This document shows positions 22,530 to 34,880 of a stretch of 64,000 nucleotides of DNA, one piece after another (position 1 is the first letter of the stretch; each line of letters opens with the position of its first letter). This DNA is from Lingula anatina (Eukaryota; Animalia; Brachiopoda), in the NCBI GenBank assembly GCA_051362555.1, contig CM120643.1:15660644-15724643 (forward strand), given 5' to 3'. The notes under the pieces were generated by a model. The model ran no database searches, was not told the DNA's origin, and worked only from the letters and a program-made list of their open reading frames with translations. The position numbers and the translations under genes were made by a program.

Positions 22530-25500
22530 GCTATAGGACTCGTCTTAATCCACTACTCTCATAACTAGTTCTAACAAATAATAACACTACAGAAACACTA
22601 TATTCTTTTGTTTAGGAATGAAAACTCTATAAAGGAAGGTGGGAGCTATGGAGGGGGCGTATTCGTGTATCATGTTGACTCAGACTGTATTCAAGATTCG
22701 TAATAATTTCTATAGAGCTTGAAAGGGTGTTGCTAATGCTCATTTTTAAATTCTGTGCAAGCGATTGCATGAAAACTTAGCTTTTAAAAACTAGACTTAG
22801 AAGTAATTTTCTTTTAACCTAACTCTTGTTTTTATATTGTATCATATTAAAATATCGAAAACCACTAACGTGACCTTAAATCAGTGAATTGTTATTCATT
22901 TTTGTGTCTCCCTATTTTTGTCTTTTTACAGTCCGCATTAATTTATTATTTAAAAGCTCAGGAGCATGAGAAAATTACCCCGATGCTTTTAACACAGAGA
23001 TAGCCATTAGCGGTATCGTTTACATAGGGCCCGCATCCAATGGCCCGTAGAATTTAATGTTGCCTCCACTGCCTACATTAATGTAGCATGATTTTAATGA
23101 TTGAATTCTTCTCATCCTAGTAATGTCGTATTAGTTTTTATATTGATGTACTACTTTGTCTTGTACGTCACATCTCACATAAGAGGATCATTGTATGAAA
23201 TATGATATTTTAGTTCTCTTTTTATGAAATATTTTGTTTGATGCTTTTCGTCTGGTAGAGCACTTTCAGTGTCCCTCAACACGTTGAATTTGATGCTTAT
23301 AAAAGTTAAGTTGGTTTGACGTTTGACTTTAAAGAATTGATAGAAAGACCAAATACACGAGTAAATGTTAAACGACAACAGAAAACACTTTTTAAGACCT
23401 ACAAAAGGTAAAGTTACGTAGAGGACCCAAAACCACGGCCCTTAGAATGACCCCCAGTAAAGGATACAATAAGCCAAAAAACCAAAGTTTTTATGGACTG
23501 AAAATAACTTATGTCTGCGGCCTGCAAATGGTTAGCAAATTAAGTAAAATCGTGGGGTGAAAACAAAAAAAAAAGTGTCATGTATTCAATGACGGCAGAC
23601 ATTCTCACATAGTTTAATAGGTTTACGTATTCCTTTCTTTTCCGTGGCCTGAGATGTTTTGACTTCAGCGACCGAGTTCAATTATTTTTTCTTTTTTTCT
23701 TCAAGCTTGAGTTCAAGGGGGCAGCGCACTACAAGAACCCTCGCACTCGAGAAATTCAGAATTGACAGGGAGATATCTGCTCTTTGTTTACTTTGGCCGC
23801 CAGCTCCCACCTTCATTATTATCCGTACACGATCAACGTGCGGTGAACGTGGAAAATAGCGAAAGCTGGAAATTAAAACTGTCTGAGAACCAAATAGCGC
23901 AGGCCCAAAGAAAGCTAAATAAATACTGAAGTCATGTTATCCGCAAAACCCATAAAGTTGAAAGTGACAGCTACAATTGTCTTTAAGAACACAAAATTTG
24001 AAACAAAAGCAGTCCACCGCCCATTGAGCCGAAAAAACAAGAGTTTACTATAAACTCCCTGAGGTGGGTTAAGCAGAAACACCAGCCGACTTTTTCATCT
24101 TTTTATACTGCTTCTCTTACATCATTCCTCAGTCGGTTAAAATCCCGCCTCGGAGCTCTTTTGGAGGGTACGTATATTTTTTGTGATTCCTTTATATTTC
24201 AGCATTTTTTGCAACCGTTGAAACAGTTCTCTTCCCTGACACCCACAGCACACTTAGTTTAATATCAATTTACTTATTTAAGCAACTTCCCTGGTAGCCC
24301 TTTTATCTTAAATGATCCAATATCTTAATTTAAGCACAAGGTATTGAGAACACTCAATGCTTTTCGACGTTTTTTACAGGGAAGATTTCGCGGTTGCAAA
24401 CTTTGTCTTAAAACAACAAGCTGACAAGGATTTTTACAAGCCAGAGGTTGTTTTTTATCTCGCTTTTATTCTTAGAGTATCACCAACGGCTTGTGTGGGA
24501 TTATGCGGCTGATTGTGTGACATTTGGCCGGCCGGAGTTGCGCTTTAAGTTGTCTTTTGTACCTATAATTGGATGATTATCTAGTAAAATATAAATCGAA
24601 TGCTGTAGGAAAAATAGCTGTTGGGGTACTTTTTTTAGGAAATTTTCGGAATGAGGAATTTTCTTTTATTTCTATCGAATTTCCGTTAGGATAGGCAGCC
24701 ATAAGAGGCGCGTTGAGGAGTTACGGTGTTTACATGCACCTCGAGTAATTTATGGCTAGAATGCGGAACGACAAATTCAGAAAAAAATAACGAAAATTCA
24801 AGAATCTGATTACGCTTTCATGGTCCAAGAAAGTGTGGCACAGAGAGAGACGTCTTTACACTTTTTTCACAAACTGGTAGTGATAGATTTCCCCCTAATT
24901 ATTTACCCACGCCTGCGCATAGTCTTAATTGATTGCACTTTTCTATACTTTCTCCAAAGACAACCGCAAAATATATCTCAAAATCATAATCGCCATTATC
25001 TACCAAGTCATAATGAGCTAAAACATGAATAAGAAGACCGTTTTTGAGTTTTCATTCTTCACTTAATTCTACTTTTCTCTATACCTTGAAATCGTTCCCT
25101 ACCAATATACCGCAATCGCTCTACGCTCCACGTAACTGCAACACTCGAAATCAGCTAGACAATATCATTAGCAGCTTTCCATATAATGTCGGCATAATTC
25201 AGGAAATTAAGAAATGAAGTTGGTAGAGAAGGGATGGGAGCTGTTCTGTCGCTTTCCGTTTCGCTTTGCACCATCAAAGAGCATTTACTTGACGTAAGCT
25301 AACACTCTGCGCTTTGGTAGACTTCGCAGCTAGTTAACAAAGTGCTAATGACGTAAATGGTGCAGTTTTGCGACTTATTTAAAGTATGAGTTAAAACGAA
25401 AATGAAATGTACACAAAACCCTGTGTACCCCAGTTTGGGGTAACTGATGCCTGATTAAAAAAATCGATTTATAACAATCACCCTTTCACTAGTGCTGGTC

Positions 25501-27310
25501 TGCTGGTGCTTTTCTATTGTCTCCATAGCGAAACTGAAACAGTAAAAGCCCCCCCCCCCCCATCCATCATCATATGAACTGCAACGTGGCGGGAATACTG
25601 CTAGTCACCCCCCCCCCCTCTATCAGCTAAAGAAGGTCCTCTCAACTGATTTTTAACGATACATTACGAGGTTAGTTTATCGTGCACTTTAACTACAAAA
25701 CGAGGGATAAAAGCGAAGGCAAGTAGGACACCCACTTAACTGGAGACGTATCTCCAAAAATTGATTTAATAAGAGAAAGTCTTGAAGACGAGCTGTCAGT
25801 TTGGGCGGCATCATCCTCTCGGCCGAGTGTGAAACGAGATAATGGGGCGGGCTTGGTCTGGTTACTTCGTCCGGGGTAGAGAGAAGGGTCGTGTGGCATT
25901 GGCTCAGTTTAGTGAAGGACCGTCCCTTGTCATTGTTGGGGGCCCACCGAAGACTTTAAGTTTTTCTGCCCAAAGCAGCATTTCTTTGTTTGCTTATAAA
26001 TTCACAATGAGTTAAAGTCAAATTTGGCAACCGCTCCAGGGGTGGAAGCGATCATCCTAATACCACTTCAGTCGCCCTTTTTTACGGAGACTAATTTCAC
26101 CCTTTTTTCTCTTCTTCCATCTCCTCAGTATTTGCTCCTTTTCCCTGCCTTTATTATTTCCATCACCATTTTCCCATTCTCATTTTCCGCTTGGACGCAA
26201 TCCTTTCTTTAAAAAATCATCCGGCTCTCGAATAATTCCCTAGTTACTCCGACAACGTGTCCATACACACATTTATCGGACGTTTCGAGTCATCACAAAC
26301 CAGTGCAAAAATGCCCCGTATCCCCATTGTGCCCAATTCAATTCTAGTTAATTTCATGCTAATCAACAACTTAAAACAAAGGGAAAAAATCGCCCTGGGA
26401 AAATCAAAATCGATGATAGGATCGTGCGAAGGAGTGACTAAGACGCAAAAGTTTGTTAGGATTGAGATTTTACTTTAGGGATTTCGATAAGAAAGAGATG
26501 GGTCGGGCAGATATGTGGATGACTACTACAAGTACGCAGCACTAAAAATAATGCTTGTGTACTAATACCATATAGAGTGGTTGGTGGTGTTATCTGGAAT
26601 TTGTAAATGGAATTTAGATCGCAAAAATTAATTGATTTCTTTCTTTCGTTTTTTATTGTCTTTTTTATTCTTTTGTTCTTATCTTTTTCTTTTTCGTTCA
26701 CATTTTTAAACATCTTATTTTCATCTATTTTATCTATCTTTTAAAAATGCCAATCATATCAAAATCAGATGATTCGAAGAAAGGTTATTTTTTCTTGTGT
26801 CTTTCACACAAATTCTGGCAATTTTTGTGATAATAATATCCTTTTTAATATCCTGCTCTTAGAGACAATATTTTCATGTCACAGAAATAATTTTATACTC
26901 CAACTTAAGCATATAAAGGGAGAATTATGTTGACTTGTTAATGTGTTTTCGCCCTTTCAAAGTAATCGTTATTTCTGTAATCCAAATTTCAAACATTTGT
27001 GGTGGGAAATTAACATTTTTTTCCTTTGTGAAAAAAGTTCCCACTCAACATTTATCTCAACGTGTACGTGGCACTGTTCAAATCTACTGTTGTCTTTAAA
27101 CCCGTTTAAGCTACTATTATATTGAAAAGGTTTCCGTAAATTTCAGTAACGCTTCCCTCAATAATTCATTCTGAAATACTTAAAAGAATTTGTATTTTTA
27201 TTACAACGGGAACGACAGTCTTCGAGAGTTAAGGAAAATATTGTTACGCACTAGCCACATTTATCTCCTTTGCTCGTGTGATCCCTTTCACATAGAAATA
27301 AGATGGCTTA

Positions 27311-27364
27311 AGAAAATAATAAATTTGATAATGGTTTAGAAAATAATAAATTTGATAATAGTTT
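27311..27364. repeat. 27-bp tandem duplication abutting the exon 4 donor
   Basis: AGAAAATAATAAATTTGATAATGGTTT followed by AGAAAATAATAAATTTGATAATAGTTT (1 mismatch). Confidence 0.92.
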
Positions 27365-27366
27365 AC

Positions 27367-27710
27367 CTTCGTCGTCGCTCTTGTCAATCTCATGTTCGTT
27401 GGTACTGGACGTAGCTTGGTTTTCTCCGTCTTCTCGTCCGCCATTTTCAGCTCCGCTGTCGTCGTCCTCTCCGTTTCTATTTCTGGGCGACCACGTCATT
27501 TTATTTTCCTTTTTAAGCCGCCTCCGTGCGTTTGCAAACCACGTCGAAACCTGCGTGAGAGTCATTTTCGTTATGATTGCCAACATGATTTTCTCCCCCT
27601 TCGTAGGGTAGGGGTTCTTTCTATGTTCGTTTAGCCACGCTTTAAGTGTGCTTGTGGTTTCTCTGGTTGCGTTCTTTCTAGGCGCCCCGGCTGTCAGATC
27701 CATACCGTAG
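27367..27710 (-). CDS. Irx: Irx coding exon 4: TALE homeodomain ([60 protein letters not shown]) plus MTWSPRN and acidic region
   Basis: ORF 27308..27745. PYP motif and WFANA (Ala50) are diagnostic of Iroquois. Acceptor TTAATTCTAG|C (phase 2), donor GAAG|GTAAAC (phase 1). Confidence 0.98.
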
Positions 27711-28032
27711 CTAGAATTAAGAAAAATAAATAATTTAGGGATCATAGTTTTAACAATTAACCAGTGCAGGTGGAATGAGTGATTATAATATAATCATTAA
27801 AATATTAAAAAAAGATATTTTATTTGATGAATTCAGTCGTTCCATTTTTATTATTGACATAAATAATATTACATAAGATGCTTCCCCATTGATGGTGGCA
27901 TGCTAATCAATACATATTAATATCGTTTGGTCATTTCTGTGAATTGTTTCAATTATGGACTAAAATCAATATGACATTATGATACCGGCAAAAACAATAT
28001 TTCAGAAATGCTATTCCAAACATTCCGTGCAG

Positions 28033-28145
28033 ATTCAAAATCGTTTTTAACACTTTTTAAAACAATTAGCGGCTGCATATAACAATATGAAAATTGTTTT
28101 AAAAAGTGTTAAAAACGATTTTGAATATTGTTATATGCAGCCGCT
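28033..28145. repeat. Interleaved perfect inverted repeats in A-B-A'-B' order
   Basis: A = 28033-28067 (35 nt), with its reverse complement at 28092-28126. B = 28068-28088 (21 nt), with its reverse complement at 28125-28145. Confidence 0.92.
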
Positions 28146-31100
28146 GAGCGTGTCTTATGGCTACTCTAAACAGGGTTATTATTGTGAAAGAGACGAAATT
28201 AATTGGAAGATTTATTGGAAGATAATTTTCAAAATATTGTTACAATGCTATTTGACGCATATTCTGACGGTGAAGATCAAATGCACCGTAGAAGACACTT
28301 TTTATAGTTTTCGTCGATCCATTTCTCAAAATTTAATCAAATTAATTGTTGATACCATTATAAACTTATCTACTCTTTAACCATTAGATAATGAATCAAA
28401 ACCATAAAATCATTATATTATACTTCAGTAATTTATAGCAGTGATTTTTTTCATGCTTAGACAGAAATTATTCTTGTAATAAAGGCCGCACTCAGGTGGG
28501 GCATCCACCATTAAAAACCTACCGCTAGAGACGATCAACTTCCCCAAAGCTTTTACAGTAATGTATCTCATTTATCAGGCCACTACATTAGTAACGTAGT
28601 TAGAAAAGTAATCGCACACATTTCGTCTGATAGGAACAAACCCTTAGCTTGCGTGTCACGGCCTTCGGTACGCGATCTCAGTTTTATTAACACCTGTAGT
28701 TTTCGATTAAAAAACGGCTTAAGTACCGTTATGGATATGCGTCCACAAATCATTGCGTCCAGGTTATTAAGGGCCGCTTTCCCCGGTCGTCCCCAGGAGG
28801 CGATTTGTGTCAATCGCTACACAGCAAGTCATATATATCTGTCGACCAAAATTTCTCCATTCTTTTGATTATCTTTATGTTTCCACATAAAACACACGAA
28901 AAGAGGCAATTTTTGAAAACAACGTTTACTAGTTATTTTCATCATTATTTATAACCTGTTTTAATAATTACCGGAACAAAATTAGGCTGTTTTAGTTCAT
29001 GGAAAAGAGAACGTAGCTGCAGAAAATATATGGAAACGGGATATGTCACCTGTGATTATAAAGAAACAATTGTAGTTATAACCCCTAACACGAGCACTTT
29101 AAAAAAATCGTGTTTGACGGGGTTCTACCTGCATTTAAAATGTTTTAGCAACACTAAAAGCTTTCTGCTCTGATCCGGGTAGTACTCTGTTAGTACCCGT
29201 AGTCATTAGTGTGGGTTTGCTTCCAAACATTACACTTTGTCATATGCTTTTTCTGAAAGTCGTTTCTTTTTTTGTCACTTTTACTTCATGTAGCAATTCA
29301 ACACGACAACAATATCGTTATAATCTCATGTCTTATTTCTTAATTTTTTCTGGGTTGCATTTGTGAAACATTTAGTCATTTAAGAGCAATCAATGAGGCG
29401 ATTTTAAGTTCGGATAAATGATGTATAACTTTCACAAATTGAATGTGAAATTTTGAAAAGATAATCATTCGATCTTTTGCAGCCGACACAGTACAAAAAA
29501 ACTAGTTTCGTTCGATTATTTTTCCCATGGATTTCCGGGCTTTTGTTGATGCCAACTTTTGTCGTTGCGCGACTTAGCTCGCCTCCCGCTGTTTGGAACT
29601 TTTTATGGTAATTAATCTGCTCCATTATAGCTGTAAAGGCCGTCAGAACCATTGTGATAAACTTCCAAGTAATAGCTTGCTAATTTCGATGGAAATCAAA
29701 CGAGAATAGAATTCTTCTGACATGTTTGCCCGCCTTAATTCATGCTCCAAGTTAAGTTCACAAAGTCGGGTGCTTAACGAAGAACGCATTTGTCGAAGGG
29801 TGAAGCTTTTGGCAGATGACTTAGGAAATGAAATAATTTTGCCCGCCCTCTATTCAACCCCGACAGCCAACTATTGCCTGTCTCAATCGTACAAACCATA
29901 TCGACACAGGTGTTTGGATGTAATTAGTATCTAAATTCTTTCTTTCCGGAAATGAAGCAATTTTGCCCGCCCAAAATTCTCCTTAAGACATCTCCCCGTT
30001 CACAGGTGTCCATACTGAGTGGATCTCATTTCAACATTACATAGGAAATAAATAAAATTCCATTTGTCAGACCCAGTAAGTAATGTAAGTATTCTGATTA
30101 CAAGAACAGTTCAGATAAGCCTGGAGTGTTATGGAAGATTCCCTCATGGTTCTAACAAAGGAGGGAGGAAATTGGTTAAGTCTTTCCAATGACCGCAAGC
30201 GTCTATGCTCGGCTGTGTACTTCCATAAGAGACTATTATTGCTGGCAGGCTTCGCTGCCAACGTCATGCTCTTCTTTGTGCCTCAACGGCACGCCGAGTT
30301 CAGCCATCTTGATTTTTTGTGCTTTCTTTGTTACTGTTATGAGTATCCAGTGATAGCCCGTAACTCCTACAATAATTTTCATAGACAAAAATGGAAGAAA
30401 TCTTTATGCTTCTGTTTTCCTATATATCTATTCAATATCCAGGAACAAAAGGACATCCAGAAAAGTTGTCAATTGACAAGCCATCTGGATTTGTTTTATT
30501 TTGCTGATTTGCCCATACGGGGTTTAAATCATACAAAAAGAAACACGACGAAATAGATGTCTACTTTATGATTTGAAATCGCCGATTTATTATTATAATT
30601 TTTTTGTAATCTTTTTTCATTGACTGTGGATATGAACTTGAAATCAATAACAACCGAGAATGATGAAAATTATATCTGTCTGAATTAGATTAACAGATAT
30701 ACCGTTGCCATTCTCAGTTGTAAATATGCCTTAGAATTGTTCTTTAAAATTTGCTGATTATTTGAAAATCTGACTATTATATGACATATTAAAAGACAAC
30801 AGAATGTATGTTCACTTTCCTGGTTCTGAAAACAAAAGCACATACAGGACAGAAAAGTGCAGAAACTTAATATTGGCAGAATAAAAACCATTTGCCAAAG
30901 ATTTCCCTGTCTCTTCAAGAAGAGCATAACTTAGGAATTAATTTAAAATATATATATATATTTAAAGCAACATAAAAAAATACTGTTTGTGGAAATTTTA
31001 CCTATATAAACTTTATTAGTTAGCATACTAGCTGCTGGGAGTCTCTGCTGACCTAGATTCCATTGGCATTGGCTACCGGGCAAAGAACAACGTCAAGTGA

Positions 31101-31292
31101 TAGGAAGGCACGCTACGTGCCAGGCAGCAGGAGGCTTCCCTAACGGGTACGACATAAAACTGTCACCATTTTCCAATCAAAATGCTCCTATGTGAACTTC
31201 ACAACAGATGTGGGGTTACCAACCCAAGACAGCAGGCGACATCTACGTGACATATCTTGATCGTTTTTGGAAAACACAGCCAATGGCCGTGT

Positions 31293-31293
<1 letters not shown>

Positions 31294-31333
<40 letters not shown>
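31294..31333 (+). repeat. Poly(A)40 tract
   Basis: Direct read. Confidence 0.95.
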
Positions 31334-31336
<3 letters not shown>

Positions 31337-34300
31337 CAAAATGTGGCCAAATTAACAAGCATATTGATAGGTATGGCAATGGTTCTGGGTGGCAATGATG
31401 CGAAAGATACGTTATTAGTTGTAATAACGATAGACCGTGAATTGTGCGTGACATTTTATTTGCCATCTTTAAACTACAAAATGATCAAAATTCAAAGCTT
31501 TGCACTGATCACAATGGACCAACCGAAATTATAAAATTTATATTGAAAACCCACTTGGATTGTCTTCAAAATTAACGGTAAATGAAATAAAACTGGATAT
31601 TGAGCAGAAAGGGAAAAGTATAAAAAGCTTGATCCAAGTTTCTTTATATGGAACATTTCGAGGCAATATCTCACTTCCTCTGTCGCTTTTGCTGTAAAAG
31701 TGAATGTACAATGGTAGTAAAGGAATCGAATGACAATGCCTCAAGGACAAAAATGCTACAGCGTGACTATTATAAATACACAAAAAAACTCAAGTAAGGA
31801 CTTTTTCATTTGCACCAATATGTTAAAACGCACTTGGTATTTCCCCGTTCATAGTTCGATAAATATGGATGGCGAGTACTGAAATACTAAACTTCTAATG
31901 ACCTACCTTACCATGTTGAAACATAAATAAGACGCAAATCTCAGTGAGGATTTAAAAGACAGAACCATGTATTAATGTGAGAGAGATAGACAAGCAGACA
32001 ATTCCGGGTCATTAATTACCTATTTTGATCATAACAGACATTTGTAGGTGCTAATTGGCAGTCGAATGCGTGATAATTATCAGACATGGTGAGAAGGCTT
32101 GTCTCCTCTGAGAACTTCAGTCAAATCATTGGCCTACGGTCAAACCGTATTTCGAACACGTGAGAAAAAAAGGTATCTTCACAAAATAAAATGACATGTA
32201 ACTCGCAGAAATGATCTCCTTTCGTCGAAGGTCGAGATTGACAGAAGACAGTTTTAATTTAATTTTGATGGCTGGGAAGTGACAATTTTTATTAAACTGA
32301 ATTAAATTTTTCCCTGCCTAACTCTTTATTCAATTGTTTAAAAAAAATCAAATTTGAGGTTGTAAATTCTGCAAACAGTTTAAGTATTAAAAATGAACAA
32401 CAAAGAGACAATGTTGACGTTTTCTCATTCATATTGTAAAAAAAAATCAAATTCCATGAAATTCACGACTATGAAACTTTAAAAAAAATGTCATGAAAAA
32501 AAAAAATGGAAACTAGGCACCTCGAAAATTTGATAAATTCCTGCAGCCATCAAGATTATCGTTTGAAAAAAAAACAAGTAAAAGTTCAAAAATGTGGAAA
32601 ACATATAATGGTAACGAAATACCATGAGAAGTTTGTAAATTTATGGTGCCTTAACGATCACCTAACTCTTTCTTTTTTAAGTCCTAGAGTTTGATGAAAC
32701 ACAAGGCAAATTAAAGTCAACACGGCGAGGCTCGATGTTGCAAGCGGCTGAACACGGGACAAATTACGTTGACAAATGTGCGCGTGAAAGTACCACAGAA
32801 TCCAATGTTCTCCACCAGCTGGTGAATGTCTCTAGTAGGGTGGTCCGTCCAAGTCATGTACAATTATGGCATCTAATACAGGCTGCCAAACAACCCGAAC
32901 ACTAAGAGACTACTTACTTTACCAAAAGGTGCCATGGATTTTACATATATAACTGACTCGGGCATCATATGGTATGTCGTTTATGATCATGTATTTTACT
33001 CTTAGTTGTCAAGGTACATTTGTTTCAGACCTTTGTGTTTCCCTTCTTGCACAAAATAATAACATGCAGTTTACATTTAATGCGTGTATATACCAACTGT
33101 AAAGGTTTAATCAAAAGACGTTATAGCAATATGTACAGGTCTGTATATCTGTTTCCAACACCTGGCATATAAATACAACACTAAAATGACATATAATAGA
33201 ATTATAAACGCGTCGACATAAGTCCATATAAATTTGTTACATTTTAAAGAATCATTGAATGCATACATGGCATTTTAGCGTCCCAGTTGCCATTTTGGTC
33301 CGCAATTGGAACGAAACAACCTTTTGGTTGTGAGGGTATCTGTAACATAAGTTGCACAAAGACATCGAGGTCTTCCGGTTCGTAAATGAACTGACTTATA
33401 TTTTGTTATTTCCACAGTCAACCACATGCCTGTTCACACAATGTTGAACTAGGAACGGGTTTGTGCCCAACATTCATCATCGGGAGACCATGTTACCATT
33501 CATTCCACTTCCTGTGCCTGTGATATTTTGTTTAGAGCGGATGGGAAGATCCGGTTGCTCCCCAAGATACCTTAATCCCTGTTTAATTTTGATTAAAACA
33601 TATTAAAATATACTTTCTGATGGCGTGAATTGTACTCTCTCCCTTTTTCCAACAATCCATCGTCGTGGCAGACCTTATAATAATTCTTCAACAGACAGCC
33701 ATTTCTATAGAAATCCACTTGATATAAATGGCAAGCCACCTGTTCGCAATCTACACCAATGAGCAGACCGCTGCGTTTCAACAGTTGCAAAATTATGGAT
33801 CATATAAGCCTGCGGATAGCGTAAGAGAATAGTGTAATAGACAACAGCGGTTGTGAATTCTGTACACGTTTCTCTTGGATTGCACTAACTTGCCCTCCAT
33901 AAGGCGGTCACCGTTTTGTTTTTTCTTCAGAATATGATACGCTGAGGCGTTACTTCGATTGATATTCATATAGTTAAATTTCAACTTATTATTAGTCACA
34001 TTGTTTCTTCTGTGCAATTATTGCAGTATGTTTTGGTTCTGTTTGTCTTCTCTGCTTTACAAAATTCTTACTTGAGTTAACTGATTTTTAAATAAATTTT
34101 AAACATTTAGATTTCTTTCCTTTTTAAAACAAAATCAGTTATAGGCTATTGATCCGAAACAATATGTACTTGCTTTCCAAACTTGCCATATTTGGGTGTC
34201 TAATCTTCAGAAGCTTTGCATTTTGCCCGTTTCCAATATTCCTCAACACTGAATGTAACCACATTTTGTACAACAATTATAGAGGCAATTAACAGGTCAA

Positions 34301-34837
34301 TAAACTCGAAGCCACATCTGTCTCGTTACTAATTAACAGAATTTTAATTTTAGAATATAACCGTCTTACGAAATAATTTCTTTAAACTCTCCCTTTGCTG
34401 CAGAAATAGGAAAAATGTCAAAATTAAATATAACGAATCACCGGATTTTAACAATGAATAAAATATTGATGTAGTAGGATTGCAATGGAATACAGATAAG
34501 GTAAATAATTATGAAGAAATCCTGTTTGTCTGTTTTTGTGCGTTTTTTTTTTTTAGATTTTCAACAAAGGTATCATAGTTTAAAAGAAAAGAAATGGCTG
34601 AAATAATAGATAAAATTACTTCCAATTATACTGATAAATAGAAAGTTTGTGAAGATCGGTAAATATGTATGAAGTCCTGTTTGCTATACCACTCACCACA
34701 CACATATTTATGCACACATTGCTATGAAACTATTTACTGGAATGCATTAACTTGTATTGACCCCTGCACAAACGCACATAATGCGCAGTATTTTATGGAT
34801 CATATTCTCAATAATAGTAGCTGACTGGTTTTACGTT

Positions 34838-34841
<4 letters not shown>

Positions 34842-34878
<37 letters not shown>
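34842..34878. repeat. (GA)n microsatellite
   Basis: Direct read. Confidence 0.95.
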
Positions 34879-34880
<2 letters not shown>

